Below are positions 37,245 to 45,266 of a stretch of 64,000 bases of DNA, piece by piece (position 1 is the first letter of the stretch; the number at the start of each line of letters is the position of its first letter). The notes beneath the pieces were generated by a model. It was not told the DNA's origin and made no database searches. It worked only from the letters and a program-made list of their open reading frames with translations. This DNA comes from an uncultured virus (IMG/VR IMGVR_UViG_3300042731_008559) (lineage: Duplodnaviria; Heunggongvirae; Uroviricota; Caudoviricetes), in the IMG/VR virus record IMGVR_UViG_3300042731_008559, one strand, 5' to 3'. Made by a program: the position numbers and the translations under genes.

Positions 37245-38618
37245 ATGGCTTTTACCAAGGATCGCACAAAGAAAACGCTGACCTGGCTCGATTTCTATGG
37301 CCTTTGCAGGGAAGCGGGGATGAGCCCTTTCGCCACTCAGCAGTATATGGACGAAGGGAGCGATACCGTCAACGGTGCGATGGCCGAGATGGCTGCGAAC
37401 GCAGGGGCCGAGGATGCTGAAAGCGAGGCGGTCACCGATGCCGTAGGCGATGCGATGATGGCCATTGGAGCCGGAATTGTTGCAGTCGCAGGTGAGTCCG
37501 TCATCGGCGCGGTCGTGGGTATTGTGATTGCAGCAATTGGCGCCATCGTCAAGTGGTTCGCCAAGCTCTTCTATGTCGAGTGCGACAAGTATCACTGCGG
37601 TGGGTATGACAGAAACACGAAGACGCGAAGGCGTCGATATGCGCAGCACCAGCAAGCACTTGTTGGAGTGAATCTGACTCGGGCGTCTAAAAGCGCGACA
37701 GATGCAGAAAGTAACTGCCGGTGCAAGCTCCGAAGCCACGAGTGCTCGTTCATTCGATACATGCATGACGGGCTCATGGTCAATGGCATAGACCTCGATC
37801 AAACAGATGCTCAGCCCACGACGGCAGGCCGAGTGCGTGGTGTCAACGGTTACGGCCGGGGGTACAACGAAGGCTGTGAGAGATACTGGCGAGACCACGC
37901 CGACTACAAGCCGCTGAAAGAAGATGGAAACGCTATTTCAACGGGAAGCAGAAGCGACCCATGGGAAAATTCCATTGATAGCTATTACGGCCGATCTTTC
38001 AGGGTCCATGCGGTCCTCTGGTGGATGCAGGAGCACATCCTTTGCAGGACGATGGAGTGTATGGAAGATGTGCTTCTGAACACAACAAGTGTCGAGGGTG
38101 ATAGCTCCGGCAATCAGAAGCGTCGAAGGGGATCCCGCTGGTATGCGTCGATTGTCTGGATGATGAACGACGTTTGGGAGACGGGAAAGAAGCTCGGATG
38201 GAGTGAGTTCGAGAGGTTGTCGCGCGAGGTCGGGGCGAATGATACCGTCATCGCTGATCTTCATAAGATGCGCGATGGACACGTTTATCCCCCCGAGCAA
38301 ATGCCATTTCAATGGTGGCCCTTCCTCTACCATTTCTCCTGGTGGCAGCTCCGTGACCTGCTCATCAAGATGAAGCCGCTCTTCCCCTACGAGCCGCCCG
38401 TTGGTCAGGCCGCTCCAGAAGGTGAGGAGGCGCGCGTTCGAACAGTAACGCTCGCTCCGATGCTGATTCCGATCCGCACGGCAGTGAAGTTCAACCGCAA
38501 CATGCAGCCTGTCCCAGCCCACGTCGGTCCCCGTGGTCCTGGGTTGGGAACAATCGCGTTTGGAGCTGGTGCGGCGGCAATCGGCGCCTTCGCGGTATAT
38601 AAGCTGGTGACGTCATGA
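37245..38618 (+). CDS. Membrane protein with internal hydrophobic hairpin, Cys-rich domain and C-terminal TM (paralog of 38615)
   Basis: LTWLDFYGLCREAGMSPFATQ, ECDKYHCGGYDR, ILCRTMECMEDVL and RRRGSRWYASIVWMM shared with the next gene. Confidence 0.85.
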   Translation: MAFTKDRTKKTLTWLDFYGLCREAGMSPFATQQYMDEGSDTVNGAMAEMAANAGAEDAESEAVTDAVGDAMMAIGAGIVAVAGESVIGAVVGIVIAAIGAIVKWFAKLFYVECDKYHCGGYDRNTKTRRRRYAQHQQALVGVNLTRASKSATDAESNCRCKLRSHECSFIRYMHDGLMVNGIDLDQTDAQPTTAGRVRGVNGYGRGYNEGCERYWRDHADYKPLKEDGNAISTGSRSDPWENSIDSYYGRSFRVHAVLWWMQEHILCRTMECMEDVLLNTTSVEGDSSGNQKRRRGSRWYASIVWMMNDVWETGKKLGWSEFERLSREVGANDTVIADLHKMRDGHVYPPEQMPFQWWPFLYHFSWWQLRDLLIKMKPLFPYEPPVGQAAPEGEEARVRTVTLAPMLIPIRTAVKFNRNMQPVPAHVGPRGPGLGTIAFGAGAAAIGAFAVYKLVTS

Positions 38619-40075
38619 CGATGCGTGCTCGAACAACAACCACGTTGATGTGGTTGGATTTTTATGGCCTGTGCCGAGAGGCTGGGATGAGCCCTTTCGC
38701 TACCCAGGAGTACATGGACAGCGGCAGCGAGACGGTCTCGACGGCGATGGCCGAGATGGCTGCCAATGCCACAGCTTCGGACGACGAGAACGAGGCCACT
38801 ACAGATGCTGTTGGTAACGCGCTGATGGGGATCGGCGCGGCCATCGCTATCATCCCAGGTGTAGGAACCATCATCGGCGTCGTGCTAGCGGCGATCGGCG
38901 CCATCGTCAGGTGGTTCGCCAAGCTATTCTACATCGAGTGCGACAAGTATCACTGTGGCGGATATGACAGGGATACAAGCTACGACAGAAGGAATTACAC
39001 ACGGCACTTGCAAGCGCTCGTTGGGCTTCATCCTGGGAATGAGTCCAAATGGACTAACAAGAGCGATTGCGGGTGCGACTACAAGAGCCACCGCTGCTCC
39101 TTTATCAAGTACTTCCATGACGGCCTGATTGTTGAGGGCCTCGACGTTGATGTGATGGAGGCAGAGCCTGTTTCGGCTGGACAGGTTCGAGGGGCGAATG
39201 CCCTCAGAATGCCCCAGCTATTCCTCGGTGACGGGAGAGTTATAGGGAAAACTGCAGCGAATGCCTGGTGCATAGAGCGCTGGCGGACAAACAGTAAATA
39301 CGCGCCACTTACTGCTAACGGAAGAAGACTATACCTGGGGTGGGGTGGTTCTAACCCATCTACAGACGAAATTGTTAAGAGCATGTCGGAACCGTGGACA
39401 TGCCCGGCGGGGACATATTTCGCCCGTTCTTGGAAAGTTCACAACATCCTCGCTTGGATGGAACTGGATCAGATCCTTTGCCGCACCATGGAGTGCATGG
39501 AGGACGTGCTCGAAGGCATGCCGGCTGTAGGCGAGGACGACGTTCACGATCAAAGACGTCGTCGAGGTTCTCGTTGGTACGCGTCCATCGTGTGGATGAT
39601 GCACGATGTCTGGGTCTACGGCCGAAAGCTGGGTGGAGAGAGATTTCGAGAGATTCTCAGAGAAGCCGGGGTGACAGAGACGGCGATCGATGTCCTGGGA
39701 CAGATGAGGAAGGGTAAAGAATACGAGCCCATGGATGTGCCATTCGAGTGGTGGCCCTTCATGCGCTTTGTCTCCTTCTGGCAGATGAGGGCCATGCTCG
39801 TCGAGATGCACGATGAGTTTCCCTACGTTCCAGTCATGACAAAGATGGATGGCGAGCCGCGCGGTGCGGAGGCGAGGGCTCAGTCGACAGTGCTTGGTCC
39901 GATGATGCTTCCGATTCTTCAGCCGATCACATTTGGCGATCGCCTGAAGCCACGGCCGGCGCCTCGAAGACTGGGTCGGCGAGGCCCAAGCATCGGAGTT
40001 CTCGCGTTTGGCGTAGGCGCAGCAGCGGTCGGGGCGTTTGCGATCTATAAGCTGATCGCACCGACGGAGAGTTGA
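38615..40075 (+). CDS. Paralog of 37245
   Basis: Same conserved blocks with a divergent central insert. Confidence 0.85.
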   Translation: MTMRARTTTTLMWLDFYGLCREAGMSPFATQEYMDSGSETVSTAMAEMAANATASDDENEATTDAVGNALMGIGAAIAIIPGVGTIIGVVLAAIGAIVRWFAKLFYIECDKYHCGGYDRDTSYDRRNYTRHLQALVGLHPGNESKWTNKSDCGCDYKSHRCSFIKYFHDGLIVEGLDVDVMEAEPVSAGQVRGANALRMPQLFLGDGRVIGKTAANAWCIERWRTNSKYAPLTANGRRLYLGWGGSNPSTDEIVKSMSEPWTCPAGTYFARSWKVHNILAWMELDQILCRTMECMEDVLEGMPAVGEDDVHDQRRRRGSRWYASIVWMMHDVWVYGRKLGGERFREILREAGVTETAIDVLGQMRKGKEYEPMDVPFEWWPFMRFVSFWQMRAMLVEMHDEFPYVPVMTKMDGEPRGAEARAQSTVLGPMMLPILQPITFGDRLKPRPAPRRLGRRGPSIGVLAFGVGAAAVGAFAIYKLIAPTES

Positions 40076-40077
40076 TC

Positions 40078-40680
40078 ATGTACGAATACAACACCGGAAA
40101 AAGTGTTTCGACCAAGCCATACCCTACGGCGCTCGGTGCGCTTGGCGATCGCTACATTCCTTTTAGCGAGACCAGGCGCGTAGCTCCTTGGGCGATCGCT
40201 GAGGTCTCTCTGGAAAACGTCAACTGTCGCTGTTACCACAATGCTCCGCGTGAAGAAGTGCTTCGGTCGTCTGTTCCGTACACCATGGAGATTTCCGTAC
40301 CGGGGCACAACTTCATCTGCTCCTGCAATGCTTCAACGGAGTGTCCTCCCGAAGTACATCAGGGGGCACATCAGCGGGATCCGTGGCGTGAGCGCCGCTG
40401 CGCTGAATGGAGAGAGCAGTGGCTACAAGAGGGCGCTGATCTCATCGCGTCTCCGGGGTTCCGTGAGGCCATGAGCGAGAAGGTTCTTGACGTCGCTGGC
40501 ATAACCGGTTGGCGAAGGAGGCTTGTCAAGCCGGCCGAGTTTCTTCAGGTCATCGAAGAACGAGAGCGGCGAGAGCGACCGATCAAGGCGTTTGCGATCA
40601 TCACCCTTGCTGTTGGTGGAGGCGCCCTGTTCTGGACGTGGCTCCGCAAGCGTAAGAAAGCTCGTGAGGGCGAAGAATAG
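40078..40680 (+). CDS. Tail-anchored YEY-leader Cys-containing protein
   Basis: MYEYNTG..ALGALG; CRC and CSC; TM followed by RKRKK. Confidence 0.8.
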   Translation: MYEYNTGKSVSTKPYPTALGALGDRYIPFSETRRVAPWAIAEVSLENVNCRCYHNAPREEVLRSSVPYTMEISVPGHNFICSCNASTECPPEVHQGAHQRDPWRERRCAEWREQWLQEGADLIASPGFREAMSEKVLDVAGITGWRRRLVKPAEFLQVIEERERRERPIKAFAIITLAVGGGALFWTWLRKRKKAREGEE

Positions 40681-40691
40681 CGTGAGGTTTT

Positions 40692-40712
40692 CATCCTCAG
40701 GACGGTTAGAAT
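40692..40712 (+). promoter_or_regulatory. CATCCTCAGGACG box directly upstream of a TAGAAT -10 element
   Basis: Intergenic; box 40692-40704, TAGAAT 40707-40712. Confidence 0.5.
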
Positions 40713-40723
40713 AGGTGAGGACG

Positions 40724-41326
40724 ATGAGAAATCAGACACTAAAAGCCAGGGCCATCAGCCGGAGTGACCGAAGCGCGTTCATGCAGCCTGTCCCCGAGCC
40801 CGCAGACATGCCGGCGATCTATCAGCCAGCTCTCAAGGAATTGGGCCTCGGAACGAACGGCAATGGGGATAACGGAAACTACGGCTGGCTGCCGCTTGGT
40901 GTCCTTGTCGCCATTGGCGTTGGGGCCTACTTCATCCACCGGTCCAGCAAGCGCGACGAGGAGTATGCCGAGTACGCTCGCCGAGGGTGGACAGAGAACC
41001 GGGGGCGTAGGGCAAGCGGGACTGGAGAAGACGGCCTTCCGGATTTCGCCCCTGCCACTGTGAAGACCGTGTTCCGGAAGATGATGCAAAGTGCGATTCG
41101 ACAGCAAGATGAACACGGAACCGGCCCATGGTCCATCTATTGGAGCAAGGGAAAGGACGGCGAATGGGCCGTCGGCGACAACTTCGACATAAAAGGATTT
41201 CTCGTTCTGAAGCCAGACGGCAGGTGGTACTACCGTTGGCACTGGGGTGATCGAAGGTTCAAAAGCAGCGGCGCTGCGTATAGGCGAGCGGCTCGATTCT
41301 TCGATGACATCGGGGAATACATGTAA
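40724..41326 (+). CDS. Membrane protein: LGLG-TNGNG, TM, aromatic/basic C-domain
   Basis: ELGLGTNGNGDNGN; TM; WTENRGRR. Confidence 0.75.
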   Translation: MRNQTLKARAISRSDRSAFMQPVPEPADMPAIYQPALKELGLGTNGNGDNGNYGWLPLGVLVAIGVGAYFIHRSSKRDEEYAEYARRGWTENRGRRASGTGEDGLPDFAPATVKTVFRKMMQSAIRQQDEHGTGPWSIYWSKGKDGEWAVGDNFDIKGFLVLKPDGRWYYRWHWGDRRFKSSGAAYRRAARFFDDIGEYM

Positions 41327-41351
41327 TCCCGATTAAGGGAAGGGTGTAGAA

Positions 41352-41759
41352 ATGTCTCAGTACGTGCGAAGGACATACGGACCCGGCGACATCGCCGCGC
41401 TTCCACCAACGATCGGACTGACGAGCCGGGAACCGACAATCGGTGCTGAGGACGTCGGCCGACCTATCAAGCCAGCTTTCCCGTTCAAGCCGATGCATCC
41501 GAAGGCTGGAGCACCGGTTCGACAGGCTGGGCTGTTTGGGATGGGCCTGGATTACCAGGTCTTTCCAACGGTTTACTGTGGAGGTGCACCTGCCGGATCA
41601 GGCAATCGTGGAGCCGGTGCTGGCATGGGAACCAATGGCAGCGGAAACGGAAACGGAAACGGTGGTTGGATGCTCCCCGTGGGCGTCGGTCTGGCCATCG
41701 GAATCGGTCTCGCCTACATGCTGCGAAAGCGCGAGGAAGAGGCCGAGCTGGCTTTCTAG
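41352..41759 (+). CDS. Small tail-anchored Gly/Pro-rich protein (paralog of 41787)
   Basis: MSQY..YGPG.I.AL..PPTIG; LFGMG; GMGTNGSGNGNGNG; TM followed by RKR. Confidence 0.8.
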   Translation: MSQYVRRTYGPGDIAALPPTIGLTSREPTIGAEDVGRPIKPAFPFKPMHPKAGAPVRQAGLFGMGLDYQVFPTVYCGGAPAGSGNRGAGAGMGTNGSGNGNGNGGWMLPVGVGLAIGIGLAYMLRKREEEAELAF

Positions 41760-41786
41760 GCCAGCAGGAATCAGGAGAGGTAGAAA

Positions 41787-42134
41787 ATGTCTCAGTACAT
41801 CATGAAGTCTTACGGCCCCGGAAGCATCGGTGCGCTCATCCCGGGCGCAGCGCTCTCACATCCGCCGACGATCGGCTCGAACGATCCCATCAGGGATATC
41901 GGCTCAGCCGTTCACGGTGCGTCCAGGATTCCAGCGGCTCCGACGGGTCGCGTTCCCTCGATGGGGGGCTGCGGCTGTGGAATGGGTGTGGACAACGGCG
42001 TCTTCTCGAACGGCGACGGCGTGTTCAGCGGCATGGGAACGGCCAACGGCAACGGCAGCATGATGCCGTTCCTCGGTCTCATTCTCGCACCGGTCGCGGC
42101 GGTCGGCATCGTGTGGGGACTCTCCAAGCTCTAG
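41787..42134 (+). CDS. Small tail-anchored Gly-rich protein
   Basis: MSQY..YGPG; GGCGCGMG; FSGMGTANGNG; TM. Confidence 0.8.
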   Translation: MSQYIMKSYGPGSIGALIPGAALSHPPTIGSNDPIRDIGSAVHGASRIPAAPTGRVPSMGGCGCGMGVDNGVFSNGDGVFSGMGTANGNGSMMPFLGLILAPVAAVGIVWGLSKL

Positions 42135-42143
42135 GAGGGTTCC

Positions 42144-42572
42144 ATGTACGAGTCGAACAGGTCGGGCGCTGGCTGCCTGGGCTGTGAGGAGAGCGGTCTC
42201 GGCGTAATCGGAATGATAGGCCGGCGTCTCGAAGGTGGTGCCGCGCTGGCGGCTCATGCATCGCAGCTCATGCAGGAGAACCCGCAAGGGTTCCAGGTGA
42301 TGGCCGAGGCCCTTACTGCAGCTTCAGAGCAGCAGAAAGAGCAGCGACGACAAGAACACCTGGCGCGGCAAGAAGCTCAGCAGGCCGCGGATCAGGCTGA
42401 ATGGGAGTCTGGTCGCCAGGCGACGCAAGAGCGACTAATGCGTCAACAGGCCGAGGCAGAGCAGCGAACTGGGATGATCGTCATGGGGATTGGCGGTGTC
42501 GTCCTCCTCTCTCTGGTTGGCGGCGGTATTTGGTGGCTCGTCAAGAGAAGGCGAGCCGCGGAGGAGGAGTGA
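42144..42572 (+). CDS. Small tail-anchored protein with GCLGC leader and Q-rich helix
   Basis: MYESNRSGAGCLGCEESGLG; TM LVGGGIWWL followed by KRRR and EEE. Confidence 0.85.
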   Translation: MYESNRSGAGCLGCEESGLGVIGMIGRRLEGGAALAAHASQLMQENPQGFQVMAEALTAASEQQKEQRRQEHLARQEAQQAADQAEWESGRQATQERLMRQQAEAEQRTGMIVMGIGGVVLLSLVGGGIWWLVKRRRAAEEE

Positions 42573-42853
42573 TGTACGAGTACAACCCTCACGGAATGGG
42601 AAGCGAGCCCGTTCTTCTCAACATCGGGCCACAGATTTCATCGATCGATCCGGAATTCGCTGCTCAGCAACAGGCGGCTCGTGCTGCTGCCGAGGCTGGA
42701 GAGGAAGACATCCCTCACCCGGAGCCTGGTGGTTTCGAGCATGAGGAGGGGCTCCCGTGGTGGGTTTGGGGCGTCGGAGGCGTGGCAATACTCGGGGCCA
42801 TCGGTGGTGGTGTCTGGTGGTGGATGAAACGCGGCGAATCCGAGGAGGAGTAG
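42572..42853 (+). CDS. Small tail-anchored YEY-leader protein
   Basis: MYEYNPHGMG; PWWVWGV..GGGVWWW followed by KRGESEEE. Confidence 0.85.
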   Translation: MYEYNPHGMGSEPVLLNIGPQISSIDPEFAAQQQAARAAAEAGEEDIPHPEPGGFEHEEGLPWWVWGVGGVAILGAIGGGVWWWMKRGESEEE

Positions 42854-42856
42854 GCC

Positions 42857-43144
42857 ATGTATCAGGCAAGCACATCAGGAACAGGTTGTCTTGGGTGCGG
42901 CCTGGGTACAGAGGATGATTCCTCGGGCCAAATGATGAGGATCGTGAGTATCGATCCTTCGGCCATTCGGTTCGCGTTGGCCGCTCGTCAGGGTGAAGTT
43001 ACAGGCCTGCCAACAAATGGCCAGGTGAGTGCTCCTCCTGGGATGCCTTGGTGGGTTTGGGGCGTTGCTGGTGTTGGGCTGCTTGGTTTCATTGGCGCAG
43101 GCGTCTGGTGGTATCTGCGGCCGAGCGAAGAGGCAGCGGAGTAA
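42857..43144 (+). CDS. Small tail-anchored protein with GCLGCGLG leader
   Basis: MYQASTSGTGCLGCGLG; PGMPWWVWGVAGVG TM. Confidence 0.85.
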   Translation: MYQASTSGTGCLGCGLGTEDDSSGQMMRIVSIDPSAIRFALAARQGEVTGLPTNGQVSAPPGMPWWVWGVAGVGLLGFIGAGVWWYLRPSEEAAE

Positions 43145-43165
43145 CCGCGGTAGAAAAGGGTTTTC

Positions 43166-43522
43166 ATGTATCAGCAGAGCACAGCAGGGGCCGGGTGTCT
43201 TGGGTGCGGCCTTGGGTCAGTTATCGCATCGGTCCAAGATCGGGGGGGTATCAGCACTGTAGGTCCAGGGACTCTTCAGGCGACGAGCTTGATTTCGAGC
43301 CCCGGCGTTCGCGGCGTAATACAAGCCATCGAAAGAGGCGACATCGTGCTCCCCGATCCCGAGCAGCAGAGCACAACAGATACTTACGCCCTTGATGAGC
43401 CAGGAGCCCCAGGGATGCCAATGTGGGTCTACGGTGTAGCTGGCGTTGGTATTCTCACACTCGTTGGCGGAGGCATTTGGTGGCTCATCAAGCGTGGCGA
43501 GGGCGAAGAGTCCGAGGAGTAG
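43166..43522 (+). CDS. Small tail-anchored protein with GCLGCGLG leader
   Basis: MYQQSTAGAGCLGCGLG; PGMPMWVYGVAGVG TM followed by KRGE..EE. Confidence 0.85.
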   Translation: MYQQSTAGAGCLGCGLGSVIASVQDRGGISTVGPGTLQATSLISSPGVRGVIQAIERGDIVLPDPEQQSTTDTYALDEPGAPGMPMWVYGVAGVGILTLVGGGIWWLIKRGEGEESEE

Positions 43523-43535
43523 GTGGGGAGGATCG

Positions 43536-43922
43536 ATGTACGAATACATGACAGGACTTGGTACTGATGACGTCAGGCCGATGGGGGTCATGCCAGACGG
43601 AAGAACGATTCCTCCTGTCCATGAGTGGGACTGGGCGATCCCCGCGGATGCGAGGTTCCGCGGGATTCAGGTCCCTGAGACAGAGGAAGAGCGCGAAGCT
43701 TTTATGGCGCAGATCGAGGCTGGTCTGGTGCCTGAGGGAGTCTGGGTCAACCCACACTTCCGACAGTGGGGCCGACGGCCCGAAGAGGGAGAGCCAGGTC
43801 ACACGGTCGAGCCCGGCCCAGATCCTGAGAGCGGTGCTTACTGGGTCAAGATCGGGATCGTGTCTGTTGGGATCGTCGCTCTTATCGGCGGCATCGCTCT
43901 GTTCACAACAGCAGGGAAGTGA
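43536..43922 (+). CDS. Small tail-anchored YEY-leader protein
   Basis: SD GGAGG; MYEYMTGLG; C-terminal TM. Confidence 0.85.
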   Translation: MYEYMTGLGTDDVRPMGVMPDGRTIPPVHEWDWAIPADARFRGIQVPETEEEREAFMAQIEAGLVPEGVWVNPHFRQWGRRPEEGEPGHTVEPGPDPESGAYWVKIGIVSVGIVALIGGIALFTTAGK

Positions 43923-43925
43923 TTC

Positions 43926-44189
43926 ATGCAGAGCCCTGACGCCAATATGCCGAACCAGATGCCGCTCTCAGACCCGGCGACGCTCGAACCGTTCGTGGAG
44001 CAATACGCTGTCGTCATAGGTCAGCAAGAGGCGGCGCTGCATCAGCATCCGGCGCAGGCAGTCGCAAATCAAGAGCTGGCCCGGGTGCGAGAAAGCCAGC
44101 GCCCGTGGTACGTGCGGAGACGATGCGATCTCGTGGCGTGGGGAGCCATCACGGGGATGGTCATCGGCTACATCCTGAGGTCGAGATGA
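43926..44189 (+). CDS. Small tail-anchored protein
   Basis: Q-rich helix, PWY and C-terminal TM; ATGA-coupled to the first EMGY gene. Confidence 0.7.
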   Translation: MQSPDANMPNQMPLSDPATLEPFVEQYAVVIGQQEAALHQHPAQAVANQELARVRESQRPWYVRRRCDLVAWGAITGMVIGYILRSR

Positions 44190-44713
44190 CCCCGGTCATT
44201 GAAGTCGAATGTGAGGGACGCCCCATTCGTATCCGGCTGACGCCTGAGGGTCCTGAGTTTCTCAACTACGATATTGAGCACGACATCACGCTCGTCGAGA
44301 TGGGTTACGACCCGACGGAGTGCTACACGCTGTGGCATCAGCTCGTTAACGAGCCTTATTCTTTCTACAGAGACAACGGGTTTCTTCCAGAAAGTATGGA
44401 GGCCTCTTACGCTGTTCTAACGGTTTCAATCGAAAGCATAAAACCGTCGGATCGGTTTACGCTCGAAAGAGAAGAGAACGACCGTAAAGCGCTGAACTAT
44501 GACACCTGGTTTGAGGTGCAAACAATTCAAAGAGGGTATCTCGTAAGTATCCCAGATGAAGATGGATTCTTTGAAGAGCTTCGAGGGGTAAGGAAGAAAG
44601 TTGGTTACAGCAAGAAGCTGATAGATATTTGTGCATACGCCGTGTCGATAGGTGTTTTTGTGGTGGAGTTCGCTGATGACGCACCTGCGTTGACGGTGTC
44701 CGGTAGCTGGTAA
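44186..44713 (+). CDS. EMGY-domain protein 1
   Basis: IEVECEG..PEFLNYDIEHDITLVEMGYDPTEC. Confidence 0.85.
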   Translation: MTPVIEVECEGRPIRIRLTPEGPEFLNYDIEHDITLVEMGYDPTECYTLWHQLVNEPYSFYRDNGFLPESMEASYAVLTVSIESIKPSDRFTLEREENDRKALNYDTWFEVQTIQRGYLVSIPDEDGFFEELRGVRKKVGYSKKLIDICAYAVSIGVFVVEFADDAPALTVSGSW

Positions 44714-44715
44714 CC

Positions 44716-45255
44716 ATGTGGAAGATGCGCGCCATAGAGTTCGAGTGTGACGGAAAGACTGTTCTGGTACGTCCTGGAGAAGACGGCGAGCCAGAGTTCC
44801 TCGATTACGACCTTGATCACGATGTGACGCTCGCAGAGATGGGGTATCCAGCAAGCGAGTGCCTTCAGCTTTATCGCAAGTGGTCGATAAACCCCTACTC
44901 CTTCTGCGTCGAAATGGGGCTGTTGCCACCTGCCTTCGACTTTACGCGTCCGATGCTCGTTGTACCGCGGCGTAATCTCCCGAAGATGATAAACAGAACC
45001 GTCACTCGCATCGGTAACGCGAGCGGTCCCGACGCCAACTGGTACGATCACTACTTCGAGGGTTGGGTAAATGGAGTCGTCTTTGAGATTCCGCTCGAAC
45101 CGGGGGCGCGCGAGCAGCTCTACGAAGATGCTGAGCTGGACGAGTATTTCCCTGACATCGTTGATTTTGCCATCTCGAACGAGATCGAACTCATCAACTT
45201 CATGGACCCGGTAGCCGAGCTGCTCCCAGGCTTCCCGGAGTTTGAGCAGTATTAA
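44716..45255 (+). CDS. EMGY-domain protein 2
   Basis: IEFECDG..PEFLDYDLDHDVTLAEMGYPASEC; body similar to 44186. Confidence 0.85.
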   Translation: MWKMRAIEFECDGKTVLVRPGEDGEPEFLDYDLDHDVTLAEMGYPASECLQLYRKWSINPYSFCVEMGLLPPAFDFTRPMLVVPRRNLPKMINRTVTRIGNASGPDANWYDHYFEGWVNGVVFEIPLEPGAREQLYEDAELDEYFPDIVDFAISNEIELINFMDPVAELLPGFPEFEQY

Positions 45256-45266
45256 CCGGAGGACTC

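Noticed and set aside
23605..44189. Known C-terminal sorting signals (LPXTG, PEP-CTERM, GlyGly-CTERM, MYXO-CTERM) or type IV prepilin leaders
   Set aside because: TM plus basic tail is similar, but the signature motifs are not consistently present, Sec signal peptides are lacking, no sortase-type enzyme is seen, and G[LM]G is not followed by a pilin hydrophobic helix
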